DNA of 48,416 nucleotides from Elusimicrobiota bacterium (GCA_043783505.1 JAYVZL010000361.1:1-48416), one strand, 5' to 3'. Counted from the first letter of the stretch, positions 17,976-27,646 are shown. Notes: generated by a model from the sequence alone, not told the origin. Numbers and translations are program-made.

Positions 17976-19001
17976 TTAGGCGCGGATGTTGAGCACCGCC
18001 GCCTCGTAGACGGAGATGTTCTCGCGCACGTGGCCGTTGGGGCCGATGATGCAGTTGGTCAAGTGCACATCCTCGCCGACGGTCACGTTGTCGAAGAGGA
18101 TGCAGTTCTTGAGCGTGGAGTTGGTACCGATGGCCGCACGGTCGCCGACGACGGTGTGGGGGCCGATGGTAGCACCCGCGGCGATGCGGCAGCCCTTGCC
18201 GATGACGACCGGAGCCGTGAGCTTGGCCTTGGGATCGATGACGGTGCTTTCTTGGACCCACACGCCCTTGCGTTTCTCCGCGCCGGGGATGTGGATCTTG
18301 ACCTTGCCGTCGAGGCAGTCGATCTGGCAGCGGCGGAACTCGGCCAGGTTGCCAACGTCGCACCAGTACGCCTCGGTCTCGTAGGCGTAGATCGGCTTCT
18401 TGAGCTTGAGGAGCTTGGGCCACAGGTCGTGGCCGAAGTCGTAGACCTTGCCCGCGGGCATGAGCTTGAGGACCTCGGGCTCGAAGAGATAGATGCCGGT
18501 GTTGACCTTGTTGGAGAACACGTCGCCCCAGGAGGGCTTTTCAAGGAAGCCCTTGATACGCTGAGTCGCGTCCATCAGCGTCACGCCGTAGTCGAAGCGC
18601 GCGTCGACGCGCTTGACCGCCATCGTCGCAATCGAGCCGCGCCGACGGTGGAACTGCCACATGGCGTTGAGGTCGATGTCGGAGAGACCGTCGCCCGACA
18701 TGACAAAAAATGGCCCGTCCTTAAAGAAGCCCTCGACCTTCTTGATCGCGCCGGCCGTGCCCATGAGCTTGGGCTCGTGGGAGTATTGGAGCTTCAGGCT
18801 CCAGCGCGAGCCGTCGCCGCAGTAGCCCCTCACCTGCTCGGGGAGCATGTGGAGGTTGACCATGACCTCCTCGACGCCGTGCTTGAGCAGGTTGTCGAGG
18901 ACGTGATGGATGACCGGCCGGTTGACGACCGGCACCATGGGCTTGGGCGTCTCGTAGGTGAGCGGCCGCAGGCGCGTGCCCGCGCCCGCCGCTAGAAGCA
19001 T
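17976..19001 (-). CDS. NDP-sugar pyrophosphorylase (mannose-1-P guanylyltransferase-like) with a C-terminal left-handed beta-helix
   Basis: LLAAGAGTRLRPLTYETPKPMVPV, then hexapeptide repeats at the C-terminus. Start taken at the ATG at 19001. An in-frame GTG at 19019 is an alternative. Confidence 0.75.
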   Translation of the reverse strand: MLLAAGAGTRLRPLTYETPKPMVPVVNRPVIHHVLDNLLKHGVEEVMVNLHMLPEQVRGYCGDGSRWSLKLQYSHEPKLMGTAGAIKKVEGFFKDGPFFVMSGDGLSDIDLNAMWQFHRRRGSIATMAVKRVDARFDYGVTLMDATQRIKGFLEKPSWGDVFSNKVNTGIYLFEPEVLKLMPAGKVYDFGHDLWPKLLKLKKPIYAYETEAYWCDVGNLAEFRRCQIDCLDGKVKIHIPGAEKRKGVWVQESTVIDPKAKLTAPVVIGKGCRIAAGATIGPHTVVGDRAAIGTNSTLKNCILFDNVTVGEDVHLTNCIIGPNGHVRENISVYEAAVLNIRA

Positions 19002-19022
19002 CGCCTTTTTTGGAAACACTAG

Positions 19023-19044
19023 GCCCGGCCTCGAGAGGCCGGGC
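19023..19044 (-). other. GC-rich hairpin between the phosphomannomutase and nucleotidyltransferase genes
   Basis: gcccggcctc-ga-gaggccgggc, giving a 9-10 bp stem. No clear T-tract follows on the minus strand, so it is more likely an intercistronic structure than a strong terminator. Confidence 0.4.
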
Positions 19045-19075
19045 ACAGATGCGTGTGTGGAATGTGCTTTAGCAT

Positions 19076-20503
19076 CTAGACGTTCAGGTTCGGCGCGACC
19101 CACTTCTTGGCCATGTCGAGCAGGCCCTGCGTGCGCTCGAGCTTGTCGCTTTCGGCGTAGACGCGCATCAGGGGCTCGGTGCCCGAGGGGCGCATCAAGA
19201 GCCAGTGGCCGTCCTCGAGGATGATCTTCAAGCCGTCGATGGAGATCAGCTCCTTGATCGGCGTGCCTAGGATCTTCTTGGGCAGCTTCTTGATCAACTT
19301 CTGCGTCCAGATCGCCTTGTCGACGACGGCCTTGTGGATGCGGTAGTCGATGCGCTTGTAGGCGCTGGCGCCGTAGCGGGTCTCGACTTCCTTCCAGAGC
19401 TGCGAGGGCGTCTTGCCGGTGACGGCCATCATCTCGAGGATCAGCAGCGCGGTTTGCATGCCGTCGCGCTCGGCGATGCCGTTCTTCGTAGACCAAGCGT
19501 AACCGCCAGATTCCTCGCCGGCGATCGAGGCCTCGCCCGCGGCGAGCTTCTCGGCGACGTGCTTAAATCCGACGGGCAGCTGCTCGAAGGGGATGTTCTT
19601 CTCCTTGGCGATGCGCTCGGCTAGATAGCCCAGGGAAACCGACTGCACGATCTTGCCCGTGAACTTCTTCTTCTCGATGAGATAGAGGACGATCATGGGG
19701 AAGACCTGGCAGGGCGTCAGATAGCGGCCGTTCTCGTCGACGAGTCCGAAGCGGTCGGCGTCGCCGTCGAGCGCCAGGCCCACCGAGGCCTTGTTCTTCT
19801 TGACGGCGTCGCAGAGCGCTCCCAAATACAGCTCGATGGGCTCGGGGTGCACGCCGCCGAACAAGGGGTCATGCTTGGCCCGGATCTCCACGAGGATATT
19901 CGGCGACAAAAATTCGGCCATCAGACCGGTGCCGGCGCCGTGCATGTAGTCGATGACGACGGTTTTCTTGATCTTGGCCTTGATCTTAGGCAGATCGGCG
20001 CGAGTCTTGAGATAGTCGAGGTACACGTCGCGGTAGCTCTTGATCTTGATCTCGGTGGCGCGGGTGGGCGAGGTGCGGTCCACCCAGGACTCCACGCCTT
20101 TGGTTACGGTCTCAGGCGCGGCGCGGCCGTCCATCTTGATCTTCACGCCGTTGTACGACGGAGGGTTGTGGCTGGCCGTCACCATGATGCCCACTCCGCC
20201 CAACTTCTTGCTCATGAGGCTGACGGCGGGCGTGGGAAGGGACTCGGCCATGAGGATTGGGCTTAAATGGTTGGCCTCGAGGACCTTGGCGATCTCGCGC
20301 GCGAAGACGTCGGATTGGAAGCGGCGGTCGTAGCCGATGACCATGGGGCCCGACAGCGGCCCTTTCTTGCGCGCGTTCTTGATCTGCTCGTCCTTGACGT
20401 AGTCGGCGATCGCCTGAGCGACGCGGCGGCAATTCTGAAAAGTGAAGTCGCGCGCGATAATGCCGCGCCAACCGTCCGTGCCGAACTTGATCGGGTCCAT
20501 CAT
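19076..20503 (-). CDS. Phosphomannomutase/phosphoglucomutase (alpha-D-phosphohexomutase)
   Basis: FGTDGWRG. Active-site loop TASHNPPSYNGVK. Metal loop LDGDADR. GEESGG. GGAGG RBS. ATGA overlap with the upstream cupin gene. Confidence 0.9.
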   Translation of the reverse strand: MMDPIKFGTDGWRGIIARDFTFQNCRRVAQAIADYVKDEQIKNARKKGPLSGPMVIGYDRRFQSDVFAREIAKVLEANHLSPILMAESLPTPAVSLMSKKLGGVGIMVTASHNPPSYNGVKIKMDGRAAPETVTKGVESWVDRTSPTRATEIKIKSYRDVYLDYLKTRADLPKIKAKIKKTVVIDYMHGAGTGLMAEFLSPNILVEIRAKHDPLFGGVHPEPIELYLGALCDAVKKNKASVGLALDGDADRFGLVDENGRYLTPCQVFPMIVLYLIEKKKFTGKIVQSVSLGYLAERIAKEKNIPFEQLPVGFKHVAEKLAAGEASIAGEESGGYAWSTKNGIAERDGMQTALLILEMMAVTGKTPSQLWKEVETRYGASAYKRIDYRIHKAVVDKAIWTQKLIKKLPKKILGTPIKELISIDGLKIILEDGHWLLMRPSGTEPLMRVYAESDKLERTQGLLDMAKKWVAPNLNV

Positions 20504-20850
20504 TTTCCCCTCCGTCCGTAATCGTCCTGCAGGCGAACGACGTCCCACAGTTCGGGCGTGGATACCTCGATGAGGGTCACGCGCCCTTTTGGCGCTTCAA
20601 ATCGGTGAATGGTGCGCGGCGGCACGGCGAACGCGGTGCCCGGTCCGACGATCTTCGTCGTCTTGCCCAGGCGCAGGCCGAGCTTGCCCCGCAGCACCAT
20701 CAGGCTCTCGTGCTTCTTGCGGTGATACTGCAGGCTCAAGCGGCGGCCTTTCTCGATGACGAGGATCTTGCCCACATATTTGGAAGCGCGGGCAAAGATG
20801 AGCTCGCGGCCCCAGGGCTTTTTGACCGTCTCCACAGGAGTGGTTTTCAT
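20500..20850 (-). CDS. Cupin-domain protein (type II phosphomannose isomerase-like)
   Basis: KPWGRE...SLQYHRKKHE...IHRFEAP cupin motifs. The ATG at 20850 overlaps the upstream stop as TGATG. The GTG at 20853 is an alternative start. Confidence 0.65.
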   Translation of the reverse strand: MKTTPVETVKKPWGRELIFARASKYVGKILVIEKGRRLSLQYHRKKHESLMVLRGKLGLRLGKTTKIVGPGTAFAVPPRTIHRFEAPKGRVTLIEVSTPELWDVVRLQDDYGRRGK

Positions 20851-21869
20851 CACAGTTGGCTGTAGTCCCCGACCGACGAGCCGCCGGCGAGGGCCGTACC
20901 GGGCCCAAGGGAGGCGTGCGTGCCGATACGCGCGCGCGGACCGACGACGCAGCGATCGAGGCGCGCGCCGTCGCCGATGACGACGTCGTCGAGCACGACG
21001 CAGTCGGATAGCTGCGCGCCGCGGCCGATGCGCACGTTCGAGCCCAGGCTGACCGCGCCCGTGAAGCGCGCGAACGCCGCGGCCGTGGTGCCCGGTCCGG
21101 CGGTCACGTGGGCGCCGTCGTGGTTGCGGAAAGGCCGGGCGTAGGAGCCGGCCTTAAAGGGAGTGCGGCCTTCGAGCAGGTCCAGGTGCACCTGCAGGTA
21201 TTTGCCGATGGTGCCGATGTCGATCCAATAGCCGGGGGTCACGTAGCCGGCGATGCGCGCTCCGGCGACGAGGCGCTCGGTGAACAGTCCGCGCTCGAGG
21301 GAGTAGGGCTTGCCCGCCGGGATGTGATCGAGCACGGACGGCTCGAAGATGTAGGCGCCGGCGTTGACGGTGTTGGTCTCGACTTCGTCCCAAGAGGGCT
21401 TTTCCAAGAAGCGGCGCACCATGCCTTTTTCGTCGGTGAGCACGAGTCCGTAAAGGGTCGGGTCCTTAACCCGCGTCAGCGCGATCGAAATCTCGGCGTG
21501 GTGAGACTTGTGAAAGCGCAGCAGGGCGCCTAGGTCGACGGCGTTGAGCACGTCGCCGTTGAGGACCAAGGTCGTACCCGTGAGCAGACGCTCGGCGTTC
21601 TTGAGCGCGCCCCCGGTGCCTAGAGGGAGCTTCTCGCGCACGTAGGATATCTTCATCCCCAGTCGTTTGCCGGTCCCGAAGGCGCGGCGGAAGGACTGGG
21701 CGTGGTAGGACGTGCAGAGGATGACTTCGTTGATCCCATGACGGCGCAGGATCTGGAACTGATATTCAAGGAAAGGGCGGTTGAGGACGGGCAGCAGTGG
21801 CTTGGGCGTGGCCAAGGTGAACGGCCGCAGCCTGGTACCCATCCCGCCGATGAGGATCACCGCTTGCAT
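20850..21869 (-). CDS. NDP-sugar pyrophosphorylase (mannose-1-P guanylyltransferase-like) with C-terminal hexapeptide repeats
   Basis: MQAVILIGGMGTRLRPFTLATPKPLLPV...GTGGAL...EKPS. Confidence 0.8.
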   Translation of the reverse strand: MQAVILIGGMGTRLRPFTLATPKPLLPVLNRPFLEYQFQILRRHGINEVILCTSYHAQSFRRAFGTGKRLGMKISYVREKLPLGTGGALKNAERLLTGTTLVLNGDVLNAVDLGALLRFHKSHHAEISIALTRVKDPTLYGLVLTDEKGMVRRFLEKPSWDEVETNTVNAGAYIFEPSVLDHIPAGKPYSLERGLFTERLVAGARIAGYVTPGYWIDIGTIGKYLQVHLDLLEGRTPFKAGSYARPFRNHDGAHVTAGPGTTAAAFARFTGAVSLGSNVRIGRGAQLSDCVVLDDVVIGDGARLDRCVVGPRARIGTHASLGPGTALAGGSSVGDYSQL

Positions 21870-21976
21870 AGGGTCGGGATTCTACATTAATAGGGCGCTC
21901 TGTGACACGGTGGGGGGCGCCCGTCTTTGGGCCCGGCGGCGGCGTTCGTCGGCGCCGTGGATTGGAAAGGTCGTCT

Positions 21977-23116
21977 CTACTTTCCCAGTCCGTACAGCCC
22001 TTTGTCGAGGGCATATCGACGAACGGTGTCGGGCACCAACGCGAAGTTACCGGCGCGCACTTCCGACGAAGAAGCTTCGAAGCCCGCGTGCTGGACGAAC
22101 TTTACGTCCAGTTTCGTGGCCACGAATTCGGTCGGACGCTCGCGCTCGATGAAGGCCACCTTGATCTTATGAAGGGGCGTGCCGCCTGGAAATTTATTTT
22201 GATTGGCCTCAAGCTTGGGCAAAGTATCCGGGTTTCCTTTTTTATCAGTCTGACGGTAGTGATCGTCGCCGACCATGTACCAGGCCTCAACGGGTGTGCG
22301 TCGGTTGAGCGCGAGAAGGCGAAAGATGTTGGTCTCGCCGTCGTATTGAGTCCCGATCGCGATCGGGGAGTACGCGAAAAACGGGGCGAACAGACTCAAT
22401 ACTTTCCGTCCCATCGGGTGGCGATCGACGACCGGGGTCATCGTGGGCTTGCGGGGATCGTCCCCGGCGAGGACGAAGACCACTTTGTCCAAGCTCAGGT
22501 CTCCGATGGCGCGCAAGGCGACGATGAGATGTCCCCAGTGGAGCGGGTCTCCGGCCACGGGGTAGACGCCGACCTTGATCGGGCGGGAATTGGGCGCGAC
22601 AGATTTCGCTTTCTTGGCCATGCGCAGTTTTAGACGGGGATCGATTTCTTTGTCCTGAAGACGGCGCTCGATGACGGACAGCGTGCGGTCGGACTCCGTG
22701 GCCACGGTTTCAAGGAGGCTACCGTCGGTTTGAAGCATCGCACGCGCGGTGCTCAGCAGTTCGTTGCGTATGCGGAAGCGAACCGCGGCGGCGCGGCTTT
22801 TCGCCGGCAGGGGAAACTCCTCGTCGAGATGCGCGAAGCGGCTCTCGAGTCGGGCAGCGAGGTCCGTCGCGGGCGGCAACGCCTGAGTCGGGACGATGGC
22901 AACCGGGGCGGCGGGGGTTTGAGCCGGGCTTGTGGGCGCTAGGTGCGGAGTCGGCATGCCCGTTGTCATTACTGCCGCGCCGGCAAGGGTTGGCGCTAAG
23001 AACACGGGTGCCGCGGAAAAAGACGAAGCCGCGAGCGCGGGAACGCGCTGGATCGCCGCGTCGCAAAGACCGGGGCTGAGGAGCAGCAGAAGGACCAGCT
23101 TCGCTTTCACCTTCAT
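21977..23116 (-). CDS. NadD-like nucleotidyltransferase domain fused to a ~190-aa N-terminal extension that begins with a signal-peptide-like segment
   Basis: C-terminal half: VGVYPVAGDPLHWGHL (the (H/T)xGH class motif), MVGDDH, SSSEVR (ISSTxxR-like), and RRYALDKGLYG. N-terminus: MKVKAKLVLLLLLSPGLCDA, then Ala/Pro-rich and helical segments. The internal Met at MAKKAKSV is a possible alternative start. Confidence 0.6.
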   Translation of the reverse strand: MKVKAKLVLLLLLSPGLCDAAIQRVPALAASSFSAAPVFLAPTLAGAAVMTTGMPTPHLAPTSPAQTPAAPVAIVPTQALPPATDLAARLESRFAHLDEEFPLPAKSRAAAVRFRIRNELLSTARAMLQTDGSLLETVATESDRTLSVIERRLQDKEIDPRLKLRMAKKAKSVAPNSRPIKVGVYPVAGDPLHWGHLIVALRAIGDLSLDKVVFVLAGDDPRKPTMTPVVDRHPMGRKVLSLFAPFFAYSPIAIGTQYDGETNIFRLLALNRRTPVEAWYMVGDDHYRQTDKKGNPDTLPKLEANQNKFPGGTPLHKIKVAFIERERPTEFVATKLDVKFVQHAGFEASSSEVRAGNFALVPDTVRRYALDKGLYGLGK

Positions 23117-23199
23117 AGGATAGACGCCCCGTCGGCTTTCGACATGAGCACTTTGGCCCGCGTTCCTGGGTCCTTTTTTTATTATGATGACCGCCCCGT

Positions 23200-25347
23200 A
23201 TGGAGAACGTGTACGCTCCGCCGACGTCCAGCCCTCGCCGCAAGGCCCTCGTTCTTGGCCTCATGGGGCTGGTCGCTTTCCTCGGCGCCGAGGCGTTCCT
23301 GCTGCGTTCCTACACGCGCGTGGACACGCGGCCCCCGGCGTGGGATCAGTCCATCCACATGGAGATCGCCCTCGACTACCGCCAGGCGCTCAAGGCCGGG
23401 CGGCTGGCCGACGCCTGGTATTTGGCGCCCAAGCCGGGCATGCCGCCCTTCCCGCCGCTGTATCACCTGCTGCTGACGCGGACCTACGACTTTGCCGACC
23501 CGGCCCACGCGGCGCTGTGGGTGAACTGGCTCTATTTAGCTCTGCTGTCAGTCTCTATTTTCGGCCTGGCCTGGTACTTCCGGCCCGATGAAACCGCGCT
23601 CGCGGCGACGGTAATGTTCGTCGCCTCGGCGGGGATCCAAGACCTGCTCACGACTCAGCTCGTCGACCTGCCGCTGATCGCGCTGGCGGCCGCGGCCTAT
23701 TGGGCGCTGCTCGCCTCCGAGGGCTTCACGAGCTGGGTCCCGTCGCTGCTGTTTGGCGTCATGCACGCGGCCGGCATGCTGCACAAATGGAGCTTTTTTA
23801 GCTACATGCTGCCAGCTTACTGGATCGCGTTCATGGCGCTGGCCGACAGGCGCTCGGCCTTCCCGATGCTCGCGGCGGCCGCACTTTCGGTCGCGCTGAC
23901 GTTCCCGTGGTATTCGGCGCATCTGGCCTTGCTGCCATCTAGGCTGGTGCAGGCTTCGGCCGATTTCGCCGTTCCGGTGTGGAAGGCGGGGGCCTGGGCG
24001 GTCTATTTCAAGCAGGCCTGCGACGCCTTCGGCCCGATCTTCTGGGTGCTGGGAATCATCGCCCTGCTCGCGCCTCAATTCCCGCGCCGCGGCCATCAGG
24101 GCTGGATAGTGATCGCTTGGTTTGTCACCAGCTATGTCTTCTGGACCATCGTGCCCAATCGGCAGCTGCGCTTTCTCTTTCCCGGCTTGGTCCCTCTGGG
24201 CATCGTTTTCTGCTCGACTTGGCCCAAGGCCCTGTCCTGGAGCCTGGCCGTCTTTCAGCTTTTTGGGATGTTCAACTATTACAGCGGCTGGGTCGGGCCG
24301 ATCGGGGTGAATGCGCCTTTCTATCATTTCGAATTTTTCGCCAACCGTCCGGCCGTGCGCGCGGACTGGAAAACCGAGGAGATTCTGCGCAAGGTCGAGG
24401 CGATGCGCGACCCCTCGCGGCCGATCACCAACGTGACGCTGGTGGCCAACGACGAGTATTTCAACGCGCCCACTTTCCACTGGACCCAGCGCCGCCTGGG
24501 CCTGGAGCACGTCCGCATGCGCGGCGTCAATCGCCGTCTGTGCGAGCTGTCGGAGTTCGTGCTTCTTAAGGATCCGAAGATCGGACCTACGGGCGTCATT
24601 TCCGGCCTGCCCGAGGCCGCCGCGGTGATCCACGATCAATCCAGCTGGTTCAACACGGCCTATGAGGAAATCGCCCGCTGGCCGCTGCCCGACGCCAGCA
24701 CGGCGACGCTGTTCCGCCAGCGGCGCGGCCTCAAGAAGCTCTTCAGCGACAAGAGCATGGGCTATCAAGTCTTCAATGCCGGGAAAGTCGAGCTCACCGG
24801 CTTGAAGGCTCGGTTCGGCGAGTGGGACCAGTCGCGCTCAGCGTACAAGAGCGTCGCGTTGAGCGCCAAGCAGGTGGATATTCGCGGCTTGATCACGATC
24901 GGGCCGGAGCTTGAGCTTGAGGGCGTGGGTTTTGTTCCCGTGTTCGAGGGCGGCCGCGGCGGCGCCTGGACGGACGTGCGCGTGCTGCGCTTGGAACGGC
25001 TCAGGGTCAAATCTCTTAACGTCGGCGCCGAGGAGTTGATGGATTTTCTCACCGCGCGCGTGAAGGGTCTTGTGGTGACCAACCTCATCCTCGAGAAAAC
25101 CGTGCGCATCGTCGGCACCTACAAGGGCAAGGGCGTGTCGGCCGAGGCCGGCATCGATCTTCTCGACTCTCCGCGCCGCCTTAAAATCGACATCCTGTCC
25201 GCGAAGATCGCGGGGGTCGCCATTCCCCTGTCGATGTTCCGCGAGATCAAGGAGCTTGTCATCCCGCTTTATCCCAACCCCGAGACGCCCTTTTTCATCG
25301 ATCTGCCGAGCCTCACGATCAAGAACGGCCGCTTGACCGTTCCCTAG
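23200..25347 (+). CDS. GT-C fold membrane glycosyltransferase (family 39/83, PMT/ArnT-like) with a ~300-aa C-terminal soluble domain
   Basis: About 11 hydrophobic segments in the first ~400 aa. An early periplasmic-loop acidic motif is present (PPAWDQSIHME). The hydrophilic C-terminal region ends LPSLTIKNGRLTVP. Confidence 0.55.
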   Translation: MENVYAPPTSSPRRKALVLGLMGLVAFLGAEAFLLRSYTRVDTRPPAWDQSIHMEIALDYRQALKAGRLADAWYLAPKPGMPPFPPLYHLLLTRTYDFADPAHAALWVNWLYLALLSVSIFGLAWYFRPDETALAATVMFVASAGIQDLLTTQLVDLPLIALAAAAYWALLASEGFTSWVPSLLFGVMHAAGMLHKWSFFSYMLPAYWIAFMALADRRSAFPMLAAAALSVALTFPWYSAHLALLPSRLVQASADFAVPVWKAGAWAVYFKQACDAFGPIFWVLGIIALLAPQFPRRGHQGWIVIAWFVTSYVFWTIVPNRQLRFLFPGLVPLGIVFCSTWPKALSWSLAVFQLFGMFNYYSGWVGPIGVNAPFYHFEFFANRPAVRADWKTEEILRKVEAMRDPSRPITNVTLVANDEYFNAPTFHWTQRRLGLEHVRMRGVNRRLCELSEFVLLKDPKIGPTGVISGLPEAAAVIHDQSSWFNTAYEEIARWPLPDASTATLFRQRRGLKKLFSDKSMGYQVFNAGKVELTGLKARFGEWDQSRSAYKSVALSAKQVDIRGLITIGPELELEGVGFVPVFEGGRGGAWTDVRVLRLERLRVKSLNVGAEELMDFLTARVKGLVVTNLILEKTVRIVGTYKGKGVSAEAGIDLLDSPRRLKIDILSAKIAGVAIPLSMFREIKELVIPLYPNPETPFFIDLPSLTIKNGRLTVP

Positions 25348-25405
25348 CGATAATGGGAGCATTGGGGCGGATCGGGGATTTGCGTCGTTGATTGTGGGGG
25401 TTGCG

Positions 25406-26380
25406 ATGAATAAGCGTCTCTTGGCGGCGGTTCTGCTCTCCCTGTTCGCGGCCGGTTCCGTGTCGGCGGAGGAGCGGGTGCTCTGTCGCGGCTTCTTGCC
25501 TGACAACGACCTTAAAATCCCGGTGGGAGCCGTCACCGCTCTCGGCATGGGAGAGGCCTCCTTCAACGCGGTGCTCGACCGCGTCGAGGCCGTGTATAAG
25601 CCCATCTTCGCGGCCAAAGGCGCCAAGCTTCGCGTCAACCGCAAGTGGACCGACGACACCGTCAATGCCGGGGCCATGCAGTTCAACTCCACCTGGGTCA
25701 TCAACATGTTCGGCGGCTTGGCCCGTCACCCCGCGGTCACGCCCGAAGGCTTCGCCTTGGTGGCCTGCCATGAGATCGGCCATCACGTCGGAGGATTCCC
25801 TAAAAAGGAGCTCACATTCCCCAAGCCAGCGCCCTTCTGGGCCACTACTGAAGGGGGCGCCGATTATTTCGCGACGCTCAAATGCCTGCGCCTGATCATG
25901 ACCGGCAAGGAAGACACCTCGAAGCTTGATCCTTTCGCCGTCAAAGCGTGCAATGCCGCCTTCGCCGATACGGCTGACCGGAAATTCTGCGAAATCGGCG
26001 CTCTGGCGGGCATGTCGAGCGCGACCTTATCTAAGTCCGTGCGCGGGGAATCGCTCGCGCTCGCATTCTCGACGCCCGACCTTTCCATGGTGGGGAAAAC
26101 CCTCGAAGAGCATGGCGGGACTCAATGCCGTCTCGACTCTCTCTTCCAGGGCGCGCTTTGCGCCAAGCCCGTGACGGAGGACGTTGTGGATAAGGGGCCC
26201 GCTTCCGGCGCCTGCACGGCCGCCCAGGGCTTCCGCGTCGGTTTGCGGCCGCGCTGCTGGTACAAGGCTCCCGCCAGTCAGGAAGCTCCGTCGATGACGG
26301 CACGCCCGGAGAATGCGCCGAGCGCGGCGAATCTCGAGAAAACCATCGAGGCCATGCGCCTAGCCTTGTCCGGCTCTTAA
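25406..26380 (+). CDS. Secreted putative zinc metalloprotease (HExxH)
   Basis: Signal peptide MNKRLLAAVLLSLFAAGSVSA. HEIGH in LVACHEIGHHVGG. Several Cys residues. Trimmed from ORF 25388. Confidence 0.6.
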   Translation: MNKRLLAAVLLSLFAAGSVSAEERVLCRGFLPDNDLKIPVGAVTALGMGEASFNAVLDRVEAVYKPIFAAKGAKLRVNRKWTDDTVNAGAMQFNSTWVINMFGGLARHPAVTPEGFALVACHEIGHHVGGFPKKELTFPKPAPFWATTEGGADYFATLKCLRLIMTGKEDTSKLDPFAVKACNAAFADTADRKFCEIGALAGMSSATLSKSVRGESLALAFSTPDLSMVGKTLEEHGGTQCRLDSLFQGALCAKPVTEDVVDKGPASGACTAAQGFRVGLRPRCWYKAPASQEAPSMTARPENAPSAANLEKTIEAMRLALSGS

Positions 26381-26387
26381 CGCCGGC

Positions 26388-27344
26388 ATGAGCCGTCATT
26401 TTGTCTTGCCCGTGATCGCGCTGGCCCTGGCGGGTCCGGCCGGAGCCGTCGATTGGCCGCTGCGCGAGCCGTTTGCCGTCATGAACACGGTCTCGACTTT
26501 GCAGTTCTACGGACCCAAGCCCGGCTTCCACCACGGGGCGGACCTGAAGACGCGAGCCGGCGCCAAGGTGTACGCTCCCGTCGAGGGCAAGGTCGGCATG
26601 GGTTATTACTACCCGCCCCGGCAGACGCCCTACACCTACATGGTATTCATCGACGCCGTCGACGGCTTTCGCTGGGAGTTCCATCACGTCGATCAGAATT
26701 CGATCACGCCGGAATTGCGCGCGCTCGCGGCACGGGGCGGATCGGTGAAGGCGGGGACCTATCTGGCCGAAGTCTACGACGCGCCGCTGACCGATCCGCG
26801 CATCGCGCCGCACGTCCATGTCGACGTGATCGATCGCGCCGGGGTCCACCATAACCCGTTGAAGTTCTTCCCGCGGCTTGCGGACGACCAGTCTCCCGTC
26901 GTCAACGCTCTTTATCTGGTGGACAAGGACAACCGGGCGCTCGCGGGTGACCGGCTCGATTTCCGGATTTCCGAAGTCGTGGCCGACGTCATCGATTTCA
27001 TTCCAGGTTCGCCGTTGGGCGACACGGTCAAGCGGCTCGAGCTTCGCGCCGGCGAGATCGTCGTCAAGATAATCGATTTCGACCGCCTGCCCGAGAAGGA
27101 TTATCTCAAAGGCGTCGCCGACGTTTATAAGATCGAGCCGATCCGCCTGCCCGACGGCTCCGAGCTGACCAACCAAGTCGAACTGGACCGGCCGAGAAAA
27201 TTTCTCTACCGCTTTCCGTTCGACGGAGCGATGGTTCCCACGGGAACTAAGACTTTGGTTCTGACGCTGGAAGTCCTCGACTTCTACGGCAATCGCAGCG
27301 TGTTCACTTCACGCCTTTCCGCCGGTCAATCCCCTAATCTTTAG
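26388..27344 (+). CDS. M23 (LytM-type) metallopeptidase, secreted
   Basis: Signal peptide. HxxxD present as FHHGADL. HxH present as PHVHVDV. Confidence 0.8.
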   Translation: MSRHFVLPVIALALAGPAGAVDWPLREPFAVMNTVSTLQFYGPKPGFHHGADLKTRAGAKVYAPVEGKVGMGYYYPPRQTPYTYMVFIDAVDGFRWEFHHVDQNSITPELRALAARGGSVKAGTYLAEVYDAPLTDPRIAPHVHVDVIDRAGVHHNPLKFFPRLADDQSPVVNALYLVDKDNRALAGDRLDFRISEVVADVIDFIPGSPLGDTVKRLELRAGEIVVKIIDFDRLPEKDYLKGVADVYKIEPIRLPDGSELTNQVELDRPRKFLYRFPFDGAMVPTGTKTLVLTLEVLDFYGNRSVFTSRLSAGQSPNL

Positions 27345-27374
27345 TTCCGAACTATTTTGATTTGATTCGATCTA

Positions 27375-27403
27375 TTGCATTTTTCGTGAACACGCTTTAT
27401 ACT
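27375..27403 (+). promoter_or_regulatory. Candidate sigma70 promoter (TTGCAT-N17-TATACT)
   Basis: TTGCAT at 27375-27380, a 17-nt spacer, then TATACT at 27398-27403. It lies in an AT-rich stretch 34 nt upstream of the ATG at 27437, which has a GGAGG RBS at 27427-27431. Confidence 0.45.
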
Positions 27404-27436
27404 TCGAATAGACCAAATCCCCAGTTGGAGGTTGTT

Positions 27437-27646
27437 ATGAAGCAGATTGTTTTTCTTGTTCTCTTTGGTCTTTTGGCATGGTGGCCGCCGAAAGTCGCCG
27501 CGTTGATGGACAATCTTCAACTGAAAGAAAAGGTTATTTTTTATTTTCCCATGGCGGGCGCGGTCGTGTCCAGCAAAGCCGAATCACTGTATTTTGCAGT
27601 CGACGCGAATAATCTTCCTTATGCCGACTTTGGCGCAGCGGCCTGA
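27437..27646 (+). CDS. Small hypothetical secreted protein (69 aa), possibly the 5' part of a frameshifted gene
   Basis: Strong RBS and promoter. Hydrophobic N-terminus MKQIVFLVLFGLLAWW. No recognisable family. Confidence 0.35.
   Translation: MKQIVFLVLFGLLAWWPPKVAALMDNLQLKEKVIFYFPMAGAVVSSKAESLYFAVDANNLPYADFGAAA

Noticed and set aside
27342-27354. tagttccgaacta resembles the core (tagttccggaacta) of the 40-bp palindrome at 1-40; a ccggaacta half-site also occurs at 27840-27848
   Set aside because: The shared unit is only a 6-7-nt half-site plus its complement, with one indel. That similarity is expected by chance in 48 kb. It may act as a weak terminator after the M23 gene, since it is followed by TTTTGATTTG. 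There is no evidence for a repeat family.
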